A stretch of DNA of 11,614 nucleotides, taken from contig JBDRBK010000200.1 of assembly GCA_043822705.1 (NCBI GenBank), positions 1 to 11,614 on the forward strand, written 5' to 3'. Made by a program: the position numbers and the translations under genes. Source of the stretch: Fidelibacterota bacterium. Its GTDB lineage: Bacteria; Fidelibacterota; Marinisomatia; Marinisomatales; TCS56. The notes beneath the pieces were generated by a model. The model worked only from the letters and a program-made list of their open reading frames with translations. It was not told the origin of the DNA and did no database searches. Below, piece by piece: positions 1 to 8,600 of this stretch (its first letter is position 1; the number at the start of each line of letters is the position of its first letter).

Positions 1-687
1 GGTTTAAGCGCCGGTATTCTGCACATGCAGCCGATGGAAGAAACCACCGAGTATCTGCCCAACGGCACCGGCAATTATTTCGTCTTCCAGGATCGGTTTA
101 TCGGTCTGACCTACGGCGCCCGGATGACCGACCGCTTCAGCTTTGGTTTCACCCTCAAGCATGTATCCGAAAACTTGGCTGGTTACAAAATGGAAGCCTA
201 TCTGATCGATATGGGCACTTTTTACTGGACCGGCTATCGCAGTCTGCGGTTCTCGGCGGCTCTTTCGCATTTCGGGCCGCAGGCCAAGGCCGACGGATAC
301 TTCAGTAAGCAGTACCTCGACCGCAATACCGGCGAAGAGGCGATTAACGATTCCGCCGCCTTTACCGAATTTTCACCGCCGGCGGTATTTCGCGTCGGCG
401 CCGCCATGAATATCGTCGAAACTAAATTGCAGGTGTTGACCATGGCGGTCCAACTGGATCATCCGGTCGATAATTCCGAGACGATCGCCCTGGGAACCGA
501 ATACACGCTCTTCAATACCTTCAGTCTGCGGGCCGGCTATAAATTGAACCGTACCGAAGAAGATTTTTCCCTGGGATTCGGTTTACAGATACCGGCGGGA
601 CCGGTCAAGCTGCGCGTCGATTACGCCTACACTAACTTTATTTACCTGTCCGATCCGTCGCGACTGACGATTGGGTTATCTTTTTAG
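1..687 (+). CDS. PorV/PorQ-family (T9SS-associated, FadL-like) outer-membrane beta-barrel protein, 5'-truncated by the window edge
   Basis: Frame 1 is open from base 1 (GLSAGILHMQPMEETTEY...), so the ATG at 25 is probably internal. It has amphipathic beta-strands and motifs typical of FCB PorV/PorQ-like proteins (GLTYGARMTDRFSFGFTLK, IDMGTFY, PPAVFRVG, LRAGY, FSLGFGL, RVDYAY). It ends in Phe (RLTIGLSF), the BAM insertion signal. TAG at 685-687. Confidence 0.8.
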   Translation, partial: GLSAGILHMQPMEETTEYLPNGTGNYFVFQDRFIGLTYGARMTDRFSFGFTLKHVSENLAGYKMEAYLIDMGTFYWTGYRSLRFSAALSHFGPQAKADGYFSKQYLDRNTGEEAINDSAAFTEFSPPAVFRVGAAMNIVETKLQVLTMAVQLDHPVDNSETIALGTEYTLFNTFSLRAGYKLNRTEEDFSLGFGLQIPAGPVKLRVDYAYTNFIYLSDPSRLTIGLSF

Positions 688-689
688 CA

Positions 690-2153
690 ATGGATTACCC
701 TATCAACCATTATCAGAAAATCCGGCACCGCGTAATCGTGCCGACAATTTTATTGCTGCTCTTCACCGGTTGCATCGAAAAATCGATCCTGCCGGACAGC
801 CTCGATCAGGAAGGCGATTTTTCCGCCGGCGACACATCTTATCTCCAGATCAGTCCGATCTGGAACGCTACCAACGGATTGCACACACCCGTGGATCTGT
901 CGATTGCTCCTGACGGCCATGTGTTCGTCGCCGATCCCGGCAACCACAGTATCGTCGTTCTTGATCAAGGCGGCAGTATACTGCCCGGCTTTGAAGTGCT
1001 GAGCGCTTTGCAGGATACGGGGAATATCGCCTTGTCGCCGATCGACGTCGACATCGACAATAAACTGAATGTGTTCTTTATCGACGGAACCCAGCGGGTT
1101 TTTCGCTGGAACCAGTATTGGAACGATGTTGGCATCGACTCGGTGCTGATGTCGGCGGTCTTTATCGAAGATGCCACCGGCGTCCGTGATACGGCTGAGT
1201 ACGGTTCGGTCGAATGGGGTTACCTGGTCAACGATCCCGGCCGGCGGATTATCAAGCACAACTGGGAAGCCAATCAGGATTTGATTGACGCTTTGCTGGC
1301 ACCGCATATTTTTTATGACGCTAATATGGCCTATAACCAGGCGCTGGATGTTATGGCCGACAGTCTGCCACGGCTGACGGCAATTTCCGTCATGGGTGAC
1401 AACAGTAATTATTTTGTCGTGGGCGATGAAGCTAACGACCGGTTGTACCAAATCAATTTTTATCACTATTATTATATCATGCTGACCACTGGTCAGAAAG
1501 TCTGGGGGCATATCGGACTGTTCGGCCGGATAATTGTTGCTGACGGCGCTGGCGCCGGTTTTGCCAATAATCCTCAGGGCATTGACGTCGCCTATGATAA
1601 TAATATCTACTATTCCCAGTTCGGCGGTAATTATCTGGTGAATAATATCAAACGCAATAGTTCCGGTGGTTATGTGAATGCCTTCACGAACTTCAGCCTG
1701 AATATCCTGGATCTGAAACGTTTCAGTCAGCCGCTGGACGTGGCGGTGGATGATAAAAAGATGATCTATGTTTCCAATACCGGCGGCCAGGAAATCCAGG
1801 TTTTTAATGCCGACGGTAGTTTCTTTCGTAAGGCTGGTGTAGAAATAGTTACAATTGATACTTCATTTTTTATTGTGGGCGAGCCTCTTGATACGACTTG
1901 GATTGATACGTCACTTTGGGTGATTAAGGATGGTAGCACTATTTTAGTAGATACTTCTCTGGCCTATATTACTTATGACAGCGTTGAGGTTGATTCATTC
2001 TTTCAGCGGGAAGTAAAAGGTACATTATTCAGACCTGCAGGTATCACGGTCGATGAACGTGGTGTGATTTATGTCTGCGAACCGTCGAGTTCGAGTATTC
2101 TGCGCTTTCGATTGTCTAACGTGCTGGATGACGATCTGACCCCTCAAAACTAA
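690..2153 (+). CDS. NHL-repeat (probably six-bladed beta-propeller) lipoprotein
   Basis: 487-aa ORF starting 2 nt after the barrel gene's stop. Lipoprotein signal with lipobox LLLLFTG|C (Cys28, codon 771-773). Six NHL/SMP-30-like blades: LHTPVDLSIAPDGHVFVADPGNHSI, LSPIDVDIDNKLNVFFID, PRLTAISV..YFVVGDEANDRL, FANNPQGIDVAYDNNIYYS, FSQPLDVAVDDKKMIYVSNTGGQEIQVF, LFRPAGITVDERGVIYVCE. Confidence 0.8.
   Translation: MDYPINHYQKIRHRVIVPTILLLLFTGCIEKSILPDSLDQEGDFSAGDTSYLQISPIWNATNGLHTPVDLSIAPDGHVFVADPGNHSIVVLDQGGSILPGFEVLSALQDTGNIALSPIDVDIDNKLNVFFIDGTQRVFRWNQYWNDVGIDSVLMSAVFIEDATGVRDTAEYGSVEWGYLVNDPGRRIIKHNWEANQDLIDALLAPHIFYDANMAYNQALDVMADSLPRLTAISVMGDNSNYFVVGDEANDRLYQINFYHYYYIMLTTGQKVWGHIGLFGRIIVADGAGAGFANNPQGIDVAYDNNIYYSQFGGNYLVNNIKRNSSGGYVNAFTNFSLNILDLKRFSQPLDVAVDDKKMIYVSNTGGQEIQVFNADGSFFRKAGVEIVTIDTSFFIVGEPLDTTWIDTSLWVIKDGSTILVDTSLAYITYDSVEVDSFFQREVKGTLFRPAGITVDERGVIYVCEPSSSSILRFRLSNVLDDDLTPQN
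1839..2018 (+). repeat. Degenerate intragenic repeat segment encoding six D-(S/T) motifs (IDTSF, LDTTW, IDTSL, VDTSL, YDSV, VDSF)
   Basis: Direct translation. The DNA echoes are attgatac (1854), cttgatac (1887), attgatac (1902) and gtagatac (1947). Hand-counted GC is 70/190 (~37%) over 1841-2030 versus 102/180 (~57%) over 781-960 in the same gene. Confidence 0.65.
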
Positions 2154-2211
2154 TCTTTGCCTGCTGTATAATTAAAGCCCGGATAGAGTGGGTTGGGGAT
2201 TAGCTACTGGC

Positions 2212-2628
2212 CTACTTGATCAGCAGGCATTTCCTGGTTGCGCGGAATAATCCTGCGCTGATCTGGTAAAAATAAACGCCCGAGCCCTGATTGCCAGCAT
2301 CCCAGACGGCATAATGATAACCGCTTTCCCGGTGACCTTGCTCCAGGGTGGCGACCAGCTTTCCGTTAAGATCAAAGACCTGCAACATTACCCGGCCGGG
2401 CTGCGCCAGTTGGTAATGGATCGTTGTCGTCGGGTTGAATGGATTGGGGTAATTGTTGAATAAATGGTAACTTTGGGCTTGGGCTGTCCTGCCGACATCC
2501 TCGGGGGAGTTCCCGGGATCGGGCTGGGCGTTAATTTGCACTGCAATCAGCAGGCTGATTGTCAGTACCAATATGGCGGCATTCGACCAGCCAGGCGAGT
2601 TGAATTCTTTTACTATTTTATTACCCAT
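2212..2628 (-). CDS. Small T9SS type-A sorting-domain (CTD/FlgD-Ig-like) protein: signal peptide, short linker and CTD
   Basis: 138 aa. Hydrophobic signal AAILVLTISLLIAVQINA|Q. Canonical CTD motifs: YHLFNNYPNPFNPTTTIHY, VMLQVFDLNGKLVATL, GYHYAVWDA, SGVYFYQI, and C-terminal TRKCLLIK. Confidence 0.9.
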   Translation of the reverse strand: MGNKIVKEFNSPGWSNAAILVLTISLLIAVQINAQPDPGNSPEDVGRTAQAQSYHLFNNYPNPFNPTTTIHYQLAQPGRVMLQVFDLNGKLVATLEQGHRESGYHYAVWDAGNQGSGVYFYQISAGLFRATRKCLLIK

Positions 2629-2791
2629 CGCTCAATCCGATTGTTAATTTTCCTCGAACAATTTAGACCGTTGAGCATTGTTCTGCCGTGACTGCAAACA
2701 CAATCGATTCAATACTGATCGGGATAAGAAGTGTCGGCCGGATGATAGATGCTTATATATGACCTAAGCCGTCGACAGTTTAGTTCGTGGA

Positions 2792-2807
2792 TGGTATGGT
2801 CTTTGCA
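2792..2807 (+). promoter_or_regulatory. Putative sigma-54 (-24/-12) promoter for the CHASE-GAF kinase gene
   Basis: TGGTATGGTCTTTGCA has GG at 2793-2794, exactly 10 nt, then GC at 2805-2806. It matches TGGCACG-N4-TTGCW at 10 of 12 specified positions and lies in an intergenic region facing the gene at 2945. Confidence 0.55.
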
Positions 2808-2944
2808 GAAATGACCGATGGTATAGTCCGTTTTGAGAGAGGCACATAAAAATAATTACTGGTAGAGAAACAGATAATGCATAAGCTTGGCACTGTAACT
2901 GGGGGGATACAGGCCAGTCGCCGGATAAGCTGAACCAGATACAT

Positions 2945-5533
2945 ATGCAAAACCTCCATTACAAACGAAATATCTTTTATCCCGTCCTGGTGTTTCTGGT
3001 CGGTGCGCTTGGAATTATCCTGTTCTGGAACTCGATTCAGAAAGCTAAAGACCAGGAGTTGCGTTCCAAGGCAGAATTGGCGACCGAACAGGTGGCGATC
3101 CGGCTTGAGGAAAGCACCAATAATCACTTGGCCGTTGTGAGATATCTGCGTCGGGAATGGGCCGCCGGCGCCATCAACGATCCCGTTAAATTCACTCAGC
3201 GGGCTCTGTCGCTGATTGAACAGTTCCAGGGATTCCAGGCCATCAATTATATTGATCCGGCAGGCTTCATCCGCTGGGTTGTACCGGAAGAATCCAATCT
3301 GCCGGCCAAGAATAGGGATGTGCATTTCCACCCCAATGCCGCCCAGACTTTTTTACGGGCGGAGCGGTCGGACCACGATTTTGCAACCCCGCCGATTTCA
3401 CTGTGGCAGGGTGGGCAGGGCTTTACCACGTTTTTTCCGCTGGATATTGATTCCATCAGGTACGGCTATTTGAACGGTGTGTTTCGCATCGACCATTTTC
3501 TGGAATACAGCCTTGGAAAGGGTGTCTGGGATAACTTCTATTTTGCAATAATCGACGGCGATCAGGAAATATATTCCTATCTGGATGACGATCCATCGAT
3601 GGGTCGGAAAATCCAGGGGCGGTTTGACATAAATGTTCTGGACCGCGTTTGGACGATCGAGTTGATTCCGAAGCCATTCCTGACGGAAAGTAAACTGACT
3701 TTTATTCAGCGAGCGATTTTTTTAATAACCGGTATGTTGTCGCTACTACTATCCGGAATGGTGCGGATATTAATGGTTCGCCGCACCGAACTGCACCAGA
3801 ATCTGTTGCTTCTGGAAGAATCCCGGGAAAAGCTGCGCAAGCGATCCTCCCGCCAGGATAAACTGCTGGAAATAGCCCGCCGGCTGTCCTCGAGCCTGGA
3901 ACTGGAATTAGTCCTCAAGCAGATTGGACTCACGGCCAGAGAGCTGCTCGAGGCCTATAATTGTATAATCTGCATGGTTGACGAACAGACCAACATACTG
4001 AAACCGGTAATCGCAATTGATCCCAAGTTTGAAAAGGAAATTCTGGGAACGGTAATTGACATCGACCGCAGCTTTTCCGGTCTGGCCTATAAAGCGAAAA
4101 CCAGCATGATATTCAATAATGTGCTGAAAGATAATCGCGGTTTTCTGATACCGGGTACGGGCGAACGGGCGAATGAAAGATTGATTGTATCGCCCTTCAT
4201 CATCAATGATAAAGTGATTGGGGTAGTCTGCCTCAGTCGCATCGGCGAGCCTTTCGATGAGGATGACCGCAGTATCGCGGAAACGTTTGCCGCCTATGCC
4301 TCGACTGCCATCAGCAACGCTCAGACGCATGATAATCTCAAACGTGAAATCAGCGAAAGAATTGATCTGGAAAATCAACTGCGGCAGGCGCAGAAAATGG
4401 AAGCGGTGGGACAACTGGCCGGCGGCGTGGCTCATGATTTCAATAATAAACTGGGCGGCATTATGGGTTATGCCGAGCTGGCTTTAAGCGACATCGAGAA
4501 TACCGGACAGGTTGCCAATTATCTGAAATTCATTATCGACCGTTGTGTGAAATCAGCCAATCTTGTCCAGCAATTGCTGGCCTTCAGCCGGCAGCAGATT
4601 CTGAAATTCCAGTCAGTCAACCTGAACCGGGTCATAACCGACTCGACCAAACTGTTACGACGGGTTATTGGTGAGAATATTGATCTGCAGGAAAAACTGG
4701 ACCCGCAGTTGAAAACCGTTAATGCCGATCTGACTGCCATTGATCAGATCATCCTCAATCTCTGCATCAATGCCCGGGATGCCATGCCCGAAGGCGGCAT
4801 ATTGTCAATCGAAACCGCCAATGTGACCCTTGATCAGGAGTTCTGCCGCAACCGCAACGGTCTGGTTCCCGGTGAATATATCAGGTTGAAAATTGCCGAT
4901 AACGGCGTCGGTATCGATGAAATTATCCAGCAGAGAATTTTCGAACCGTTTTTTACGACGAAAAGCGTCAATGAAGGAACCGGGCTGGGACTGTCGATGG
5001 TTTTCGGCCTGATCAAACAGCACGGCGGACGTATCGAATGCAACAGCCAGCTGGGGCAGGGGACTACTTTTACGATGTATTTCCATCCCGGCGAGTCGGA
5101 AATTTCGGCGGTGGATACCGCCGGTAGCGGCGAAGTCCGCGGTGGGTCGGAAACGATTCTGCTGGTGGAAGACGACGCCAGTCTGCTGCATATTATTGAA
5201 TCAACCTTGATTGAATACGGATATACCGTCATCACCGCCGAAAACGGACAAGCCGGACTGAATATATATCGTGACCGACAATCCGAAATTGACCTGGTCA
5301 TTACCGATGTGGTCATGCCGTCGCTGGGCGGTATGGAGTTGTATAAGGAAATCCATCCCGCCAACCCCGATTTAAAATTCCTGTTTATTACGGGCTACGG
5401 ACCACAGAGCATGCTGGTGAAACAATCCCGGGAAACCGGTTTTGAAACCCTGCAAAAACCATTCAAGCGTACCGACCTCGCCCGTAAAATCCGGGAATTG
5501 CTGGGCGGAATCGGCCAACCTGACCCAGTGTAA
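2945..5533 (+). CDS. Hybrid sensor histidine kinase/response regulator (TM-CHASE-like-TM, GAF, HisKA, HATPase_c, REC; CckA/NtrB-type kinase core)
   Basis: 862 aa. Two TM segments (IFYPVLVFLVGALGIILFW; AIFLITGMLSLLLSGMV) flank a CHASE-like domain (PPISLWQGGQGF...GYLNGVFRI...RVWTIEL). GAF domain from LLEIARRLSSSLEL through PF..NDKVIGVVCL to ASTAISNA. H-box GGVAHDFNN, N-box LNLCINARDAM, G1 DNGVGI, F-box IFEPFFTTK, G2 GTGLGL. Receiver ILLVEDD...VITDVVMP...ITGY...LQKPF. Confidence 0.93.
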   Translation: MQNLHYKRNIFYPVLVFLVGALGIILFWNSIQKAKDQELRSKAELATEQVAIRLEESTNNHLAVVRYLRREWAAGAINDPVKFTQRALSLIEQFQGFQAINYIDPAGFIRWVVPEESNLPAKNRDVHFHPNAAQTFLRAERSDHDFATPPISLWQGGQGFTTFFPLDIDSIRYGYLNGVFRIDHFLEYSLGKGVWDNFYFAIIDGDQEIYSYLDDDPSMGRKIQGRFDINVLDRVWTIELIPKPFLTESKLTFIQRAIFLITGMLSLLLSGMVRILMVRRTELHQNLLLLEESREKLRKRSSRQDKLLEIARRLSSSLELELVLKQIGLTARELLEAYNCIICMVDEQTNILKPVIAIDPKFEKEILGTVIDIDRSFSGLAYKAKTSMIFNNVLKDNRGFLIPGTGERANERLIVSPFIINDKVIGVVCLSRIGEPFDEDDRSIAETFAAYASTAISNAQTHDNLKREISERIDLENQLRQAQKMEAVGQLAGGVAHDFNNKLGGIMGYAELALSDIENTGQVANYLKFIIDRCVKSANLVQQLLAFSRQQILKFQSVNLNRVITDSTKLLRRVIGENIDLQEKLDPQLKTVNADLTAIDQIILNLCINARDAMPEGGILSIETANVTLDQEFCRNRNGLVPGEYIRLKIADNGVGIDEIIQQRIFEPFFTTKSVNEGTGLGLSMVFGLIKQHGGRIECNSQLGQGTTFTMYFHPGESEISAVDTAGSGEVRGGSETILLVEDDASLLHIIESTLIEYGYTVITAENGQAGLNIYRDRQSEIDLVITDVVMPSLGGMELYKEIHPANPDLKFLFITGYGPQSMLVKQSRETGFETLQKPFKRTDLARKIRELLGGIGQPDPV

Positions 5534-5563
5534 TCAGTAGCCGTTACAAGGCTGTAAACTGAT
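5533..5563 (+). other. Imperfect hairpin directly after the first kinase stop (possible pause or processing element; no U-tract)
   Basis: ATCAGT-AGCC (5533-5542) pairs with GGCT (5550-5553) and ACTGAT (5558-5563) with a 4-nt bulge. An alternative pairing is TTACA-AGGC-TGTAA (5544-5557). Confidence 0.3.
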
Positions 5564-5594
5564 CCGCGACGTGAACCGGGTCCCCCTTCGTTGA

Positions 5595-5623
5595 TTGCCG
5601 ACTCTGTTTGATCGAAATAAAGT
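5595..5623 (+). promoter_or_regulatory. Possible sigma-70-type promoter for the propeller sensor kinase
   Basis: TTGCCG (5595-5600), 17 nt, then TAAAGT (5618-5623), in an AT-rich stretch upstream of the ATG at 5652. Confidence 0.25.
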
Positions 5624-5651
5624 ATTAAATTACCGAAATATATTTATCGCC

Positions 5652-8600
5652 ATGAAGGGTTGGAAACACATAATATCGTATCGAATCTGCCGGATTGCAG
5701 TGATTTTATTCTGTCTGTCACCGACCCGGGCTTTTGATCTGGACCCGAAACCGCGATTTGATAAGCTGACGATTGAGCAGGGACTATCACAGAATTCGGT
5801 ATTTTGCATCATTCAGGACAATCAGGGATTCATGTGGTTCGGGACCGAAGAAGGGCTGAACCGTTTTGACGGAGCTGACTATCTGATTTATTCCGCCGTG
5901 CCGGGGGCGGAAAATTCCCTCAGTGGAAACACGATTTATTATTTACTGGAAGACCGCCGTGGCGATTTATGGGTGGCTGTTTACGGATACGGACTTAACC
6001 GGTTTGATCGCACCAGAAACCGGTTTATCCATTACCGGCATGATCCCGAGGATTCGACCAGTCTGGCCAGTGATTTTGTGTGGAATATGTATATGGATAA
6101 ACACGGCAATCTCTGGGTCGGAACCGATGGCGGCGGGCTTGATCGATTTGATTTAGCACAGCAGAAATTTATTCATTACCGGCATGATTCGACGCGGGCT
6201 GCCGCGATCAGCGATGATCACATCTATGGCATTATCGAAGATCATCAAGGGACACTGTGGGTCGGCACAGCCAATGGATTAAATCGCTATTGTTCCGAAA
6301 ACGATACTTTCCAGCCCTATTTTCATGACGCGCAAGACCTGACCAGCCTGGGCAAAAATTCCATCACCTGCCTGTTGGCGGACGAACAGGGCATGATTTG
6401 GGTCGGCACCGACGGGGGCGGACTCGATTGTTACCACACCGCTACCGGTCGTTTTTCCCACTATCGCTACGACCAGGATGATCTATCCAGTCTCAGCGAC
6501 GATCATGTAACCGCCCTGTTGATTGATGATGACGGTGTTTTATGGGTCGGGACCGAGGATGGTTTGAATCTTTACCAGACTGATTCCGGTAAGTTTAAGC
6601 GGATCGAGGCTGATATTACTGATGCCGGCAGCCTCAGCGATGAAGGAATTCTATCATTGTATAAAGATCGGGTCGGGAATATCTGGGTCGGCACCATCAA
6701 TGGTGGCGTCAATTTTCTGAACCGTTACCGTAAACCGTTTAATCATGTCCGCAGCAGCGCACTTAAACCGGATGTTCTTACCGATAACAGTGTTTATTCG
6801 TTTTTTGAAGATAGTCGCCGCCGAATCTGGATCGGTACCGTTGAAGGACTCAATCGTTACGATCCGGTGACGGGACAGTACCGACATTATCTCCATGATG
6901 CAAACGATCCGGGTTCGATCAGCGACAATGGAATCTGGACCATTATGAGCGATCATTCCGGTAATATCTGGATTGGGACCGATGAAGGATTGAATAAATA
7001 TTTACCGGCCAACGATTCATTTGCACGCTATTATGCCGATCCTGAACGGAAATATTACGGCGGTGTCAATACCGTGTATTTCCTGTACCAGCGTACGGGT
7101 GAGTCGATTTGGGCCGGCACCGGCAAAGGATTGTTCAGTTTTAATCCGCAATCCGGTGAATTTAGTAAACCATATTTGACAGCGGCCACCGATAGTCTTC
7201 TGTCGGAATTTTCCATTACGGCAATTCTCGAAGATCACTATGATTATCTCTGGTTGGGCACGGAAACCGCCGGGGTTTTCCGGATCGATCCGCAGCGAAC
7301 CGTCACCGACCATTTCAAACCGCTAGCCGGCCAACCGGGCTGTATCAGCTCCTTCGATATTACTTCCATATCCGAGGATAAAGCGGGTCAGATCTGGATC
7401 GGCACCTATGGCGGCGGCTTGAATCAATATGATCGATCGACCGGCAAATTCAATTCCTTCACCAGTGCTGATGGTCTGCCCAACAATGTCGTTTACGGCG
7501 TTCTGGAGGATGAGCGGGGTTTTCTGTGGTTGAGCACCAATAACGGACTATCCAGGTTTGACGTTCGCAACCGGCGGTTTCATAATTATGACGCGCGGGA
7601 CGGTCTCCAAGGGGATGAATTTAATGCCGGTGCTTATCTACGCGATTCACAAGGTCAGATGTTCTTCGGCGGAATTCAAGGATTTAATGTATTTCATCCC
7701 GACAGTGTGATCGATAATAATAATATCGCCCCGGTGGTTTTAACGGATTTTCTACTGTTCAATAAACCGTTGGAAGTCGGGCCCGAATCACTATTGACCA
7801 GCGCGATCGACAGACTGGACCAGATCGAGTTATCATATAATGATTATGTTTTCTCAATCAGGTATGCCATTCTGAATTTCAATCTGCCGGAAAAAAACCA
7901 GTATGCCTATAAACTGGAAGGATTCGAATCGGATTGGAATTTCGTTGGCAAACAACACTCGGCGACTTATACCAACATTCCCAGCGGTGAATACACTTTT
8001 CGGGTTAACGGGTGTAACAATGATGGAATCTGGAATACCAACGGCGCCAGCCTGAAGATCATCATTCAGCCACCGTTCTGGCGGACGGTCTGGTTTCGTT
8101 TGCTGGCTTTTTCCTTCCTGATTGGTTTAGCTCAGTTTATTTACCGGGCCCGGACCCAATCCATCAAAACGCACTCGCGGGAACTGGAGCAAATCAATCT
8201 GGTCCTCAAGCAGGAAATCGAGGAGCGGAAAAAGGCGGAACAGGAACGGGAACAGGCGCTGATCCTGGCCCGTCAGTCGGATAAGGTCAAGTCACTATTT
8301 CTGGCGAATATGTCGCACGAAATCCGAACGCCCTTGAATAGTATCCTGGGGTACAGCGATCTGCTGGAAAAATCTTTACAGGATCGGCTTGATGCGGACG
8401 AAATGGAATTTCTTCAATCCATCCGGCGCGGCGGCGACCGGTTGATGAATACCGTTCACGCCATTCTGGATATCAGCCAGATCGAGGCTGGCTCCTACAG
8501 CTTGAATCCGGAACGCATCGAGCTGACGGAATTATTGCATAAGCTGGTTTACGATCTGCGGCCGCAGGCAACGGTAAAAAAACTGGCGCTGAATTTCAAA

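Noticed and set aside
25..27. ATG at 25 as the start of the barrel gene
   Set aside because: The frame is open upstream to base 1 and no signal peptide follows this ATG, so the gene begins before the window.
750..1511. 253-aa minus-strand ORF and other antisense or out-of-frame ORFs (e.g. 2780-3331, 3908-4435, 4834-5364, 8886-9299, 11277-11576)
   Set aside because: They overlap well-supported genes and show no recognisable motifs. They are typical shadow ORFs.
2167..2172. Perfect TATAAT between the convergent genes (possible antisense promoter into the CTD gene)
   Set aside because: There is no usable -35 and no correctly placed TGn extension. A lone hexamer is not enough.
2154..2211. Bidirectional terminator between the convergent genes
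   Set aside because: Only a weak 5-bp stem (AGCCC/GGGTT) is present, without U-tracts.
2674..2688. Minus-strand sigma-54-like CGGCAGAACAATGCT upstream of the CTD gene
   Set aside because: The spacing is GG-N9-GC, whereas sigma-54 requires N10.
2888..2902. Second sigma-54 candidate TGGCACTGTAACTGG
   Set aside because: The -24 is good but the -12 is CTGG rather than TTGC. It is weaker than the 2792 site, though not fully excluded.
2796..2933. Short leader ORFs 2796-2849 (MVFAEMTDGIVRFERGT) and 2877-2933 (MHKLGTVTGGIQASRRIS)
   Set aside because: They have no convincing SD, no regulatory codon runs and no attenuator structure. Their lengths are expected by chance.
5595..5651. TTG start at 5595 for the propeller kinase
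   Set aside because: The extension is AT-rich and promoter-like with no SD. ATG 5652 gives a more normal signal peptide.
5830..7700. Recurring 'tgggtcggcacc'-like DNA repeats as a CRISPR array or DGR repeats
   Set aside because: They are degenerate codings of the W-V-G-T propeller motif inside one ORF. There are no identical repeats or spacers, no adenine-specific TR/VR pair, and no RT or cas gene.
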